From positions 1 through 48,408 of the forward strand of contig JBFMCE010000013.1 of assembly GCA_040754655.1 (NCBI GenBank): a stretch of 48,408 nt of DNA, written 5' to 3'. This DNA is from Bdellovibrionota bacterium. Lineage in GTDB: Bacteria > Bdellovibrionota > UBA1018 > UBA923. This document shows positions 28,719-38,176 of the stretch, piece after piece. The position numbers and the translations under genes were made by a program. Below the pieces are notes generated by a model, which saw only the letters and a program-made list of their open reading frames with translations, did not search any database and was not told where the DNA came from. How positions within the stretch are numbered: the first letter of the stretch is position 1; every line of letters begins with the position of its first letter.

Positions 28719-29741
28719 GTTTCTTTCGAGAAATCGAGACCCTTTGCCGAACCAAAGAGGCTGTCGGGAAGCGGAAAGGGCTTTCAAGACCCAAACCGAT
28801 CCTTTCACCGACTCTGGCGTGATGTCTGCAAAGACCACGCGCTCACCTTGAGGATCAACCCGAGTCGCTCTCAACGCGCACCCGCTGGCGCTGGCGTGTT
28901 CCCCGCTTAGCCAACGACGAATGTTCCGTTGGCCCGGGGCCCTTAGAAAGACTTCTTGATGATAATCTGGCGAAGCTGAAAATTCAGGCAGCTCTTCAGA
29001 GAGAGCCTCGCCCCAGAGAAACCCTACACGTTGGATGCACTCGCGAATCGCGTGGTTGAAAGCTAAGTTCAAGTCTCGCTTAGCCCCGAACCCATAGACA
29101 AACGGCGAAGCACCCCCCGTATTTGGCTTTGGAAAAGCAAATACCCCGACCACGCGCACGCCAATCGCCAATCGCGATTCACCCGGCAGCTGCTCATCGA
29201 ACTCAAAAACTTCGATATCGTACCAGGCCGATAGTTGGTCCAGCAATGAAGACTGGGCGATCTGTCTTGTTATCGCTTTGGGTCTCAAGCCCCCGTACCA
29301 TGAGCGAAGGATTCGGTCCCTTTCAACAAGCTCAAGAAACGCCGACTCCGCGGCGGCTTCGAAGTCAGTGTGGGCCGCTACGCCGTTGGAGAGCGAAAAC
29401 TTCCATTCGCGCGGGTTGGGATTGGGTATGAACACTTGGTCTTCCCTGAGAACCGCGCAAGTTCCGCCCATCGCATCCAATGCATTATAAAACGTGTTGG
29501 CATCGCGTTTGGCGAATAATGCAGCTCTTTCGGTCAGTTCAAAATAAGCCCTTCTGAGCGGCGAGCCCTCGACGTCCGCTGCGCTGGCGGTGACGATTGT
29601 CCCGTCTTCCCGTTCAATTGAAAGGCCTACGAGCTCAAGTTCGAGGCCTTCGAGGCGCAGAGTCTCTTTATAAATCTCTGGCTTGGGCCACGACTGATCA
29701 AGTGGATATTGTTGGCTGAGTGATTCCAGATTCTCGCGCAT
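28683..29741 (-). CDS. YcaO-family protein (ATP-dependent peptide backbone modification)
   Basis: RAYFELTER, SNGVAAH...AFLELVERD, GFGA...HAIRE motifs; C-terminal IHPVV; overlaps the upstream gene end. Confidence 0.85.
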   Translation of the reverse strand: MRENLESLSQQYPLDQSWPKPEIYKETLRLEGLELELVGLSIEREDGTIVTASAADVEGSPLRRAYFELTERAALFAKRDANTFYNALDAMGGTCAVLREDQVFIPNPNPREWKFSLSNGVAAHTDFEAAAESAFLELVERDRILRSWYGGLRPKAITRQIAQSSLLDQLSAWYDIEVFEFDEQLPGESRLAIGVRVVGVFAFPKPNTGGASPFVYGFGAKRDLNLAFNHAIRECIQRVGFLWGEALSEELPEFSASPDYHQEVFLRAPGQRNIRRWLSGEHASASGCALRATRVDPQGERVVFADITPESVKGSVWVLKALSASRQPLWFGKGSRFLERNLSDEFLIHPVV

Positions 29742-30417
29742 CCCTAACCTCACTTACAACTTCACGGCTAAATTCAACGTATAGCTGGACGATTCGCCCC
29801 AAAGCGGACAGCATCGATTCAAAGTTCAAATCTTTTTGCGTGGCTGCGAGCCTGTCAAATTGATTCAAATTATCTTCGACATGATCTCGGTCGGCTTCTT
29901 CGTGGTTTGAGACGGCTGTCAAGCAAGCCCGGGAAATTTGGCATTTCTCCTCAAGGTCGCGGATCCAGCGCGGCGCCAGAAGCACGGTGATGTACTCTGC
30001 CAAAAGCGAATAACCCAAATAAAAAATGGGGTCGGAATGGATCGAATTCTCGATAAACCGGTCAAGCACGTAGATCGAAGAACAAACTTGAGGCGCTATT
30101 TTTTGATTCGCCTCTTTTTCAAGGCGCGCGAGATCGCCCGTGGCCCAAAGGTCGTGGCCCAGCTCTTCCTTGAGCTTCTCTTTGAAGAAAGACGCAAGCT
30201 CGGGATTGCCCGACTTTTTTGCCGATTCTGAGGCCGAATTCATGTGAGAAACGGCCCGAGAGAAAAGATATTCAAGTCCTTTGAGATAGCGGCCAAGCTC
30301 TTCCACCGTAAGAGCCCCTTGCCTGGCTTTGATGAACATTGGGCCCGTGGTGTACCAGTATTCAGCCCATTGCTCGATTTGTCGCTTTAAGTGAATGGAA
30401 TTTTGCGAGAGATTCAT
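29698..30417 (-). CDS. Heme-oxygenase-like (TenA/PqqC/CADD fold) iron-containing redox enzyme
   Basis: KEELGHDLWA..DL, LGYSLLAEY, HEEADRDH: E-x6/H/E/H-x3-D-x2-H ligand pattern typical of HO-like diiron oxidases. Confidence 0.8.
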   Translation of the reverse strand: MNLSQNSIHLKRQIEQWAEYWYTTGPMFIKARQGALTVEELGRYLKGLEYLFSRAVSHMNSASESAKKSGNPELASFFKEKLKEELGHDLWATGDLARLEKEANQKIAPQVCSSIYVLDRFIENSIHSDPIFYLGYSLLAEYITVLLAPRWIRDLEEKCQISRACLTAVSNHEEADRDHVEDNLNQFDRLAATQKDLNFESMLSALGRIVQLYVEFSREVVSEVRDARESGITQPTIST

Positions 30418-30450
30418 CCTTCTAAATACCTTTCGAAACGCCCCTTAAGA

Positions 30451-30487
30451 ATTAAAAGCCTTCCCTCCAGAGAGAAGGGAAGGCTTT
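30451..30487 (-). terminator. Intrinsic terminator/attenuator hairpin immediately after the 10-aa ORF
   Basis: Minus strand AAAGCCTTCCCT-N9-AGGGAAGGCTTT then TAATTCTT; 12-bp perfect stem at 30455-30466/30476-30487. Confidence 0.8.
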
Positions 30488-30494
30488 CTGGTTG

Positions 30495-30527
30495 TCAAAC
30501 GCTGACCAATGCGAATTTCTTTTTCAT
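30495..30527 (-). CDS. 10-aa micro-ORF MKKKFALVSV, candidate RiPP precursor or leader peptide
   Basis: AAAGGAG-AAGAACAT-ATG AAA AAG AAA TTC GCA TTG GTC AGC GTT TGA. The RBS begins right after the GNAT stop, with 8-nt spacing to the ATG. Confidence 0.65.
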   Translation of the reverse strand: MKKKFALVSV

Positions 30528-30542
30528 ATGTTCTTCTCCTTT

Positions 30543-31244
30543 CTATTTATTTGGACTGCCGTCCATCTTCTTGTAATCGCCCACGCAAAACTGATTGAGA
30601 AACACCGCCTGATTGGCTGGTTTCATGTACTTGGTGAAACGCGAAAGGGCGCCCCAACGTTCGGTAAGCAATGTGCCTGAAAGATTAAAACCCACGCGAT
30701 TCAACAAGTGCACTTGAGGGTGGTTGTTCGGAGAAACGTCTGCCTCGACGCGTTCAACAGGATATGCCTTCAAAACCTCTACTAAACCCTCGACAAATTC
30801 GGCAAAGATGCCTTGCCTGCGAAACTCAGGAAGTATCGCGGTGTACCGCAGGTAATAAGAGCTCCAATCTAAAACATTGCCAATAAACACGCCTATGACC
30901 CTTCCATCTTGTTGCGAGCGGAAAACAAAGGAATCAGAGCACTCTTCATAGAAGGCCGACTTCGCGGCATGCTGGCCCGAAAACAGGAAAGCTTGATCCT
31001 CTTGGTTTGATCGATAGATAGCTTGAATGTTTTGCTTCAAAAACTCGGCGACCTGACCGAAGCTCGTCGCTTCGACGACCGTAGCGGAGGAAGTCAAGCG
31101 AACAGGGTAGTGACGCGTCCAATCAACCCCCCATAACTTGCAAGCAAGACTTCGGGCTGGCTCAGCTTTCGGCTCCTGAGCGCTCAGAATCAGCTGATAC
31201 TCCGAATGCGGCGTCGGTGAAAAAGAAGTTGTCGAGGCATCCAT
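30543..31244 (-). CDS. GNAT-family N-acyltransferase
   Basis: YYLRYTAILPEFRRQGIF (motif A), VEADVSPNN, LNRVGF (motif B). Confidence 0.85.
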   Translation of the reverse strand: MDASTTSFSPTPHSEYQLILSAQEPKAEPARSLACKLWGVDWTRHYPVRLTSSATVVEATSFGQVAEFLKQNIQAIYRSNQEDQAFLFSGQHAAKSAFYEECSDSFVFRSQQDGRVIGVFIGNVLDWSSYYLRYTAILPEFRRQGIFAEFVEGLVEVLKAYPVERVEADVSPNNHPQVHLLNRVGFNLSGTLLTERWGALSRFTKYMKPANQAVFLNQFCVGDYKKMDGSPNK

Positions 31245-31306
31245 GTCTAACTTCGAGCTTGCTGGTTCTTGGGCACTTCTGTCGACACAAGTTTTTTTTC
31301 TAAAAA

Positions 31307-31343
31307 GTTAAGACACCTAAGGGGCTGGTTAAGAAATCTTAGG
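31307..31343. promoter_or_regulatory. Tandem 16-bp operator-like repeats in the divergent GNAT/XRE promoter region
   Basis: GTTAAGACACCTAAGG (31307-31322) and GTTAAGAAATCTTAGG (31328-31343): 13/16 identical, 21-bp period. The second contains the palindrome TAAGA-aa-TCTTA. Confidence 0.55.
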
Positions 31344-31400
31344 TCGTTCCGTCGAGCTCGTCCTGGCACATTTACAGTCGACGTTGCCGAAAAAAATAGA

Positions 31401-31670
31401 ATGAAAGAAATTGATCACGCTGACAGCATTCATCAGTCTTTATTTGTGCCTATCTGGGACAGCATCGAAGCCCTGCGCGTTCAACTTTGCCTCGAGCACG
31501 TGGAAATCGCTCGCGCGCTTTATTTGTCTGAACAAGAGTACTTTGAGATGAGAAAGCGTTCCATTGAACCCTCAGGAGTTGCTCTTGCCCATCTCGCCAA
31601 TTCGCTGAACGTGCGTTTTGAAGATTTGCTTTTCGGGCGCATTCAAGCGCTGTCCTGCAAATTCAGCTGA
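31401..31670 (+). CDS. Small XRE/Cro-like HTH protein, 89 aa
   Basis: IEALR..L.L..VEIARAL.LS..EY...PS..AL..LANSLNVRFEDLL pattern. Confidence 0.65.
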   Translation: MKEIDHADSIHQSLFVPIWDSIEALRVQLCLEHVEIARALYLSEQEYFEMRKRSIEPSGVALAHLANSLNVRFEDLLFGRIQALSCKFS

Positions 31671-32548
31671 TACATGCATTTCGAGCCAGAATGATAGAGG
31701 CATTCCCTCTCCGTCAATCGGAGCGGCGATTTGCCTATATAACGCGGAAACTCGGCGAGAAACAACTTCCTGTACTTGCAGAGGAAGTCTCCCAAAACCG
31801 GATCATGAAAGTCGACCTTCTGCATATGTTCAGAGGCCTGCACCGAAATCAGAAGATTCCGGGGTGCCGCCTCGACGATGCGATAAATGAAGTTCTCGTC
31901 ATAGTATCTTGCGTTCAACACCCAGCTTTGGACCAGATCTATAGATTGCCTTTGTTCGCGGTAAATCAGATCGAGAAAACCGTGAGCCTTCGGTTCGCGC
32001 GCTAGGCGTAGAATATCGCCCATATCCGAGGCTCGCAATCGCTTTTCCGAAATGATCGCGCGTAAGAAATCGAGCACGACGTGAGTGCTGAGTTTTTGGT
32101 CGAGACTCCTCAGGTACAATGGATTGAGCTTCAGTCTCGAAATCAAGGCGTTCGTGTACGTCTCTCCGCTGGATGCGCGCACAAACTCGAGAAAGGGTAA
32201 AAAGTCTCTGACTTTCGAAAAGGGAAACTCCCGATAGCGAGCAGGGAAAGGAGGATTTCTATTGAACTTCTCCGCGACCTTCCAAAAATCAATATCACCC
32301 TCGACCAGTCTATTTATGGAAACGCCAAAAAACTTCCCCACCAAAAAAAGCTCTGCTGGGGTGAGACTTTGACTGCCCTTTTCAACACGGCAAATAGCCG
32401 TTTGATGCAACTCTAGAACCGCCCCTAGCGAAGCTTGCGAGACACCAGAAACCTTTCGCAAGAGGCGCACACTTTCGCCTAAGCGAAATTGAACTTCGAG
32501 CGCCTTTCGGCGAAGACTCTTGTCGAACGAACTGGTTTTGTCTTTCAT
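31643..32548 (-). CDS. XRE-family regulator with C-terminal V4R/HNOB-like ligand-binding domain
   Basis: [35 protein letters not shown]-terminal [14 protein letters not shown] (E-x2-C-x4-G-x2-C, V4R-type); GGAG RBS. Confidence 0.75.
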   Translation of the reverse strand: MKDKTSSFDKSLRRKALEVQFRLGESVRLLRKVSGVSQASLGAVLELHQTAICRVEKGSQSLTPAELFLVGKFFGVSINRLVEGDIDFWKVAEKFNRNPPFPARYREFPFSKVRDFLPFLEFVRASSGETYTNALISRLKLNPLYLRSLDQKLSTHVVLDFLRAIISEKRLRASDMGDILRLAREPKAHGFLDLIYREQRQSIDLVQSWVLNARYYDENFIYRIVEAAPRNLLISVQASEHMQKVDFHDPVLGDFLCKYRKLFLAEFPRYIGKSPLRLTERECLYHSGSKCMYQLNLQDSA

Positions 32549-32677
32549 GCTCCACTTCATTCTAACCGACTTTGGTCGACTGGTAAAATCAGCTTTCACA
32601 ATCACTTAACATGCGAAGACTTGCGACCTCGCAATTTGAAATGCTACCTGATGACTCAAACTTCGGGGAAAATCACG

Positions 32678-35600
32678 ATGAAACAACCTTTGGAATCGTC
32701 TAAATCACAAACCAAGCCTATTGCAAAGGTCGACCTTGACCGATCTCATCACAAAAAAAATTCCAAACAAAAGAACCAGAACAAGAACGAACCCTTGATT
32801 CCCCTAACTCTCTCGACCGGTCCAGAGGCCGCTCTTTCATTGAAATCACAACTCCGCGAGCTCTTGCATACCGTGAAGTCCGTTCGAAACGGAGATTTCT
32901 CAGTACGAATGGAAGTCGGATCCGAAGGCATCATTTCCGAAATTGGCGAAGTCTTAAACGATATTATCGAGCTCAACCAGAACATGGCAAGTGAGTTTGT
33001 AAGAGTAAGCCGCCTTGCCGGTCAAGAAGGAAAAATGACCGAACGGGTGAATATGGGCCCAGTCAAAGGAGCCTGGTGGACCAGCGTAGACTCTATTAAT
33101 ATGCTGATTGGTGACCTCGCTCAACCGACTACGGAAGCTGCTCGGGTTATTACAGCGGTGGCCAAGGGAGATTTGTCCCAGAAGATGGCCCTTGAGATTG
33201 AAGGCCGACCGCTTAAAGGGGAATTCGCCCGCATCGGGATTACGGTCAACACCATGGTGGATCAGCTCAGCTCGTTCACTTCTGAAGTGATTCGGGTGGC
33301 GAAAGAAGTGGGCACGGAAGGTAAACTCGGCGGGCAAGCAGACGTCAGAGGCGCCTCAGGGATTTGGAAAGATCTTACGGACAACGTCAACATCCTAGCA
33401 GGCAACCTAACTGCTCAGGTTCGTAACATCGCCAAGGTGACCACTGCCGTTGCTAAAGGCGACCTCTCTCAAAAAATTACAGTTGATGCGAAGGGCGAAA
33501 TCTACGAGCTCAAAAATACGATCAACGTCATGGTAGACCAACTTTCCTCGTTTGCCGCCGAAGTAACGCGTGTCGCCAAAGAGGTCGGCACAGAAGGACG
33601 ACTCGGCGGACAAGCTGATGTGAAGGGCGTGTCGGGTACGTGGAAAGACCTCACCGATAACGTCAACAGCCTCGCAAACAATTTGACCGCTCAGGTGCGA
33701 AACATCGCTAAAGTGACTACTGCGGTTGCTAAAGGTGACCTTTCTCAAAAGATTACGGTCGATGCTCGGGGCGAAATTCAAGAACTCAAGAGCACGATCA
33801 ATACCATGGTCGATCAACTCAACTCTTTTGCCTCTGAAGTGACTCGGGTTGCAAAAGAAGTGGGCACGGAGGGTAAACTCGGCGGACAAGCTGATGTGAA
33901 GGGCGTGTCGGGTACGTGGAAAGACCTCACCGATAACGTGAACCAGCTTGCAGGCAACCTCACATCTCAGGTGCGAAACATCGCCAAGGTGACCACCGCT
34001 GTTGCAAACGGCGACCTCTCTCAAAAAATCACAGTCGATGCCAAGGGCGAAATCTTAGAGCTCAAAGACACCATCAACACGATGGTCGACAATTTGAGAT
34101 CCTTTGCCTCTGAAGTAACTCGGGTTGCAAAAGAAGTGGGCACGGAGGGTAAACTCGGCGGACAAGCTGATGTGAAGGGCGTGTCGGGTACGTGGAAAGA
34201 CCTCACTGATAACGTGAACCAGCTTGCAGGCAACCTCACCTCTCAAGTCAGAAACATCGCTAAAGTCACAACAGCTGTTGCAAACGGTGACCTTTCTCAA
34301 AAGATTACGGTCGATGCTCGTGGCGAAATTCAAGAACTCAAGAGCACGATCAATACCATGGTCGATCAGCTCCGATCGTTCGCTGCAGAAGTGACTCGGG
34401 TCGCTAAAGAAGTGGGCACAGAAGGTAAACTCGGCGGACAAGCTGATGTGAAAGGTGTTTCGGGCACGTGGAAAGACCTCACCGATAATGTGAACCAGCT
34501 TGCAGGCAACCTCACCTCTCAAGTCAGAAACATCGCTAAAGTCACAACAGCTGTTGCGAAAGGCGACCTCTCTCAAAAAATCACAGTTGATGCCAAAGGC
34601 GAAATCTTAGAGCTCAAAAACACGATCAACACCATGGTCGATCAGCTTAACTCATTCTCAGCTGAAGTGACTCGGGTCGCTAAAGAAGTGGGCACGGAGG
34701 GTAAACTCGGCGGACAAGCCGATGTGAAAGGCCTCTCAGGCACATGGAAAGATCTCACTGATAACGTGAATGCAATGGCCTCAAATCTGACTGTCCAATT
34801 GCGTGACGTTTCAAAAGTCGCCACAGCCATTGCAAACGGCGACCTGACTCAGAAAATCACGGTCGATGTTCGTGGCGAAATCTTACAGATCAAAGATGTG
34901 ATCAATAAAATGGTGGACCAACTCTCATCCTTTGCTTCAGAAGTGACTCGGGTCGCTAAAGAAGTGGGCACAGAAGGCAAACTCGGCGGACAAGCTGTTG
35001 TGCGCGGGGTTTCGGGCACGTGGAAAGACCTCACCGATAACGTGAACCAGCTTGCAGGCAACCTCACCTCTCAAGTCAGAAACATCGCTAAAGTCACAAC
35101 AGCTGTTGCGAAAGGCGACCTCTCTCAAAAAATCACAGTTGATGCCAAAGGCGAAATCTTAGAGCTCAAAAACACGATCAACACCATGGTCGATCAGCTT
35201 AACTCATTCTCAGCTGAAGTGACTCGGGTCGCTAAAGAAGTGGGCACGGAGGGTAAACTCGGCGGACAAGCCATGGTGCGCGGTGTATCAGGCACATGGA
35301 AAGATCTCACAGATAATGTGAACCAGCTCGCGGGTAACCTCACCTCTCAAGTGCGAAACATCGCAAAAGTTACAACAGCCGTTGCGAAAGGCGACCTCTC
35401 TCAAAAAATCACTGTCGATGCAAAAGGCGAAATCTTAGAGCTCAAAAACACGATCAACACCATGGTTGATCAACTCAACTCGTTTGCCTCTGAAGTGACC
35501 CGGGTCGCCAAAGAAGTGGGTACGGAAGGTAAACTCGGCGGACAAGCGGATGTGAAGGGCGTGTCGGGTACGTGGAAAGACCTCACCGATAACGTGAATT

Positions 35601-38167
35601 TCATGGCCTCAAACCTCACCAAGCAAGTGCGAGGCATCATCAAGGTCGTCACTGCCGTTGCAAACGGCGACCTCAATCAAAAGTTCGTTCTTGAAGCAAA
35701 AGGCGAAGTGGCTGCTCTTGCTGAAACGATCAACAGCATGACTGACACGCTCAGAACGTTTGCTGAACAAGTCACCACGGTGGCTCGCGAAGTCGGCATC
35801 GAAGGAAAACTCGGCGGGCAAGCAAAAGTCCCTGGCGCATCAGGCACGTGGAAAGACCTCACCGATAACGTGAATTTCATGGCCTCAAACCTCACCAAGC
35901 AAGTGCGAGGCATCATCAAGGTCGTCACTGCCGTTGCAAACGGCGACCTCAATCAAAAGTTCGTTCTTGAAGCAAAAGGCGAAGTGGCTGCTCTTGCTGA
36001 AACGATCAACAGCATGACTGACACGCTCAGAACGTTTGCTGAACAAGTCACCACGGTGGCTCGCGAAGTCGGCATCGAAGGAAAACTCGGCGGGCAGGCA
36101 AAAGTCCCCGGCGCATCAGGCACGTGGAAAGACCTCACCGATAACGTGAACCAGCTTGCAGGCAACCTCACCTCTCAGGTGCGCGCAATCGCCGAAGTCT
36201 CGACTGCCGTGACGAAAGGCGACCTCACTCGATCGATTACGGTCGAAGCGCAAGGCGAAGTGGCCGCCCTCAAAGACAACATCAACCAGATGATCTCGAA
36301 CTTGAAAGACACCACCGAGAAGAACAAAGAACAAGACTGGTTGAAAACAAACCTCGCCAAGTTCTCTGGCATGATGCAAGGACAGCGCAGCATCACCGCT
36401 GTCGCCCAACTCATCATGTCTGAGTTGACTCCTCTCGTGGGCGCTCAGCATGGAACTTTTTTCATGATGGAGCCCGACCACGATGACCAGGCGCTGAACT
36501 TGATCGCAAGTTACGCATACACTTCTCGAAAAGGCCTTTCTAGCCGTTACAAGCTCAAAGAAGGGCTGGTAGGCCAGTGCGCTTTTGAGAAGAAACGCAT
36601 CTTGCTCACCAAAGTTCCAGATGATTACATCGTGATCAGCTCGAGCCTGGGTGAATCTGAACCCTTGAACATCATTGTTTTGCCTGTGCTGTTCGAAGGC
36701 GAACTCAAGGCCGTGATCGAACTCGCTTCATTCAAACCATTTAGCCAAAACTACCTGAACTTCCTGGATCAGTTGATGGATAGCATTGGCGTCGTTCTCA
36801 ATATGATCGCCTCAAGCATGCGCACGGAAGAACTCTTGCAAGAGCTCAAACGTTCAAACGCTGAACTTGAAGCGCAAGCGAATGAACTGGAAGACAAAGC
36901 TAAACTGCTTGAGATCAAGAACAACGAGGTTGAGCTTGCGAGCCGCTCTCTCGAAGAAAAAGCGGAGCAGCTCTCGCTTATTTCAAAATACAAGTCTGAA
37001 TTCTTGGCGAACATGTCGCATGAGCTTCGAACCCCGTTGAATAGTTTGCTCATCTTGTCGAAATTGCTCTCTGAGAACAAAGACAAGAACCTCAATCCAG
37101 AGCAGGTCAAGTTCGCAAACACGATCTACACTTCGGGGTGCGACTTGCTTGCCCTGATCAACGAGATTCTGGATCTTTCGAAGGTTGAAGCGGGCAAGAT
37201 GCCTATCATCGCCAAAGATGTCTTGCTCGTCGAGGTGCAAGAGTACCTTGAGCAAACCTTTAGACCTGTTGCCGAACACAAGAACCTGACCTTCACGCTC
37301 GCGTCCGATCCAGCGTTGCCAAAACGCATGTTCACGGATGTGAACCGCCTGCAACAGATCTTGAAGAACCTGCTCTCAAATGCATTCAAATTCACCGAGC
37401 ATGGCAACGTCACGATGCAGTTCGGATATGCTACGGCCGGCAGGAACTTCGGCATCGAATCGCTCGACAGGGCGTCAAGAGTCTTGGCATTCTCGGTCAC
37501 CGACACCGGTATCGGGATCCCGAAGGAAAAACAAAAGCTCATCTTCGAAGCCTTCCAACAAGCGGACGGAACCACCAACCGCAAGTACGGCGGAACAGGA
37601 TTGGGGCTTACGATCAGCCGTGAGATCGCAAGGCTCTTGGGCGGGATCATTGAAGTGGAAAGCGCGCCCGGGTTGGGCAGCACCTTCACCTTGTATCTGC
37701 CGCAAGACTATCAGGGCTATGAAGGCACGCGCGAACCCAGCGTAGACCGAGAGGCGGTACTGCCTTCTCTGCCAAGAGACGCCGACTTCACCGGAAAGAA
37801 GATCCTGATCATCGACGACGACATGAGAAACATCTTTGCAATCACCAGCGTGCTTGAGCAGTACGAAATGCAGGTGATTTACGCTGAAAATGGCCATATC
37901 GGCATCCAGAGGCTGCAAGAGAACCCTGATATTGATCTTGTCTTGATGGATATGATGATGCCGGAAATGGATGGTATCCAAGCCACCAAGGAAATCAGGA
38001 AGCTTGAGCGTTTTAGAAACCTGCCGATCATTTCGCTCACCGCTAAAGCAATGAAGGGTGATCGCGAAAAATGCATCGAAGCCGGGATGTCTGATTATAT
38101 TACAAAACCAGTTGACTCGCAGAAGCTGCTCTCAGTGATGCATATTTGGCTGAATAAGACCGCGTAG
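32678..38167 (+). CDS. Cytoplasmic poly-HAMP hybrid histidine kinase (HAMP repeats-GAF-HisKA-HATPase-REC)
   Basis: 11 [19 protein letters not shown] 92-aa units; [42 protein letters not shown]-terminal receiver. Start uncertain (32651 or 32678). Confidence 0.95.
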   Translation: MKQPLESSKSQTKPIAKVDLDRSHHKKNSKQKNQNKNEPLIPLTLSTGPEAALSLKSQLRELLHTVKSVRNGDFSVRMEVGSEGIISEIGEVLNDIIELNQNMASEFVRVSRLAGQEGKMTERVNMGPVKGAWWTSVDSINMLIGDLAQPTTEAARVITAVAKGDLSQKMALEIEGRPLKGEFARIGITVNTMVDQLSSFTSEVIRVAKEVGTEGKLGGQADVRGASGIWKDLTDNVNILAGNLTAQVRNIAKVTTAVAKGDLSQKITVDAKGEIYELKNTINVMVDQLSSFAAEVTRVAKEVGTEGRLGGQADVKGVSGTWKDLTDNVNSLANNLTAQVRNIAKVTTAVAKGDLSQKITVDARGEIQELKSTINTMVDQLNSFASEVTRVAKEVGTEGKLGGQADVKGVSGTWKDLTDNVNQLAGNLTSQVRNIAKVTTAVANGDLSQKITVDAKGEILELKDTINTMVDNLRSFASEVTRVAKEVGTEGKLGGQADVKGVSGTWKDLTDNVNQLAGNLTSQVRNIAKVTTAVANGDLSQKITVDARGEIQELKSTINTMVDQLRSFAAEVTRVAKEVGTEGKLGGQADVKGVSGTWKDLTDNVNQLAGNLTSQVRNIAKVTTAVAKGDLSQKITVDAKGEILELKNTINTMVDQLNSFSAEVTRVAKEVGTEGKLGGQADVKGLSGTWKDLTDNVNAMASNLTVQLRDVSKVATAIANGDLTQKITVDVRGEILQIKDVINKMVDQLSSFASEVTRVAKEVGTEGKLGGQAVVRGVSGTWKDLTDNVNQLAGNLTSQVRNIAKVTTAVAKGDLSQKITVDAKGEILELKNTINTMVDQLNSFSAEVTRVAKEVGTEGKLGGQAMVRGVSGTWKDLTDNVNQLAGNLTSQVRNIAKVTTAVAKGDLSQKITVDAKGEILELKNTINTMVDQLNSFASEVTRVAKEVGTEGKLGGQADVKGVSGTWKDLTDNVNFMASNLTKQVRGIIKVVTAVANGDLNQKFVLEAKGEVAALAETINSMTDTLRTFAEQVTTVAREVGIEGKLGGQAKVPGASGTWKDLTDNVNFMASNLTKQVRGIIKVVTAVANGDLNQKFVLEAKGEVAALAETINSMTDTLRTFAEQVTTVAREVGIEGKLGGQAKVPGASGTWKDLTDNVNQLAGNLTSQVRAIAEVSTAVTKGDLTRSITVEAQGEVAALKDNINQMISNLKDTTEKNKEQDWLKTNLAKFSGMMQGQRSITAVAQLIMSELTPLVGAQHGTFFMMEPDHDDQALNLIASYAYTSRKGLSSRYKLKEGLVGQCAFEKKRILLTKVPDDYIVISSSLGESEPLNIIVLPVLFEGELKAVIELASFKPFSQNYLNFLDQLMDSIGVVLNMIASSMRTEELLQELKRSNAELEAQANELEDKAKLLEIKNNEVELASRSLEEKAEQLSLISKYKSEFLANMSHELRTPLNSLLILSKLLSENKDKNLNPEQVKFANTIYTSGCDLLALINEILDLSKVEAGKMPIIAKDVLLVEVQEYLEQTFRPVAEHKNLTFTLASDPALPKRMFTDVNRLQQILKNLLSNAFKFTEHGNVTMQFGYATAGRNFGIESLDRASRVLAFSVTDTGIGIPKEKQKLIFEAFQQADGTTNRKYGGTGLGLTISREIARLLGGIIEVESAPGLGSTFTLYLPQDYQGYEGTREPSVDREAVLPSLPRDADFTGKKILIIDDDMRNIFAITSVLEQYEMQVIYAENGHIGIQRLQENPDIDLVLMDMMMPEMDGIQATKEIRKLERFRNLPIISLTAKAMKGDREKCIEAGMSDYITKPVDSQKLLSVMHIWLNKTA
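33365..36300 (+). repeat. Intragenic 276-bp tandem repeat (~11 units) encoding the HAMP array
   Basis: TGGAAAGA(C/T)CT recurs every 276 bp from 33365 to 36125. Confidence 0.9.
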
Positions 38168-38176
38168 TGAGAATTC

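Noticed and set aside
30391..30680. Plus-strand ORFs 30391-30576 and 30492-30680 as precursor candidates
   Set aside because: Antisense to the operon, overlapping real genes, no RBS. The minus-strand micro-ORF is much better supported.
32489..32677. Extended N-terminus of the poly-HAMP kinase given by the ORF track
   Set aside because: It overlaps the divergent XRE gene and its promoter; a downstream ATG (32651 or 32678) is more plausible.
33365..36300. Long repeats as a mobile element or array; repeated antisense ORFs (e.g. [16 protein letters not shown])
   Set aside because: The repeats are in-frame HAMP coding units. The antisense ORFs are shadows of them.
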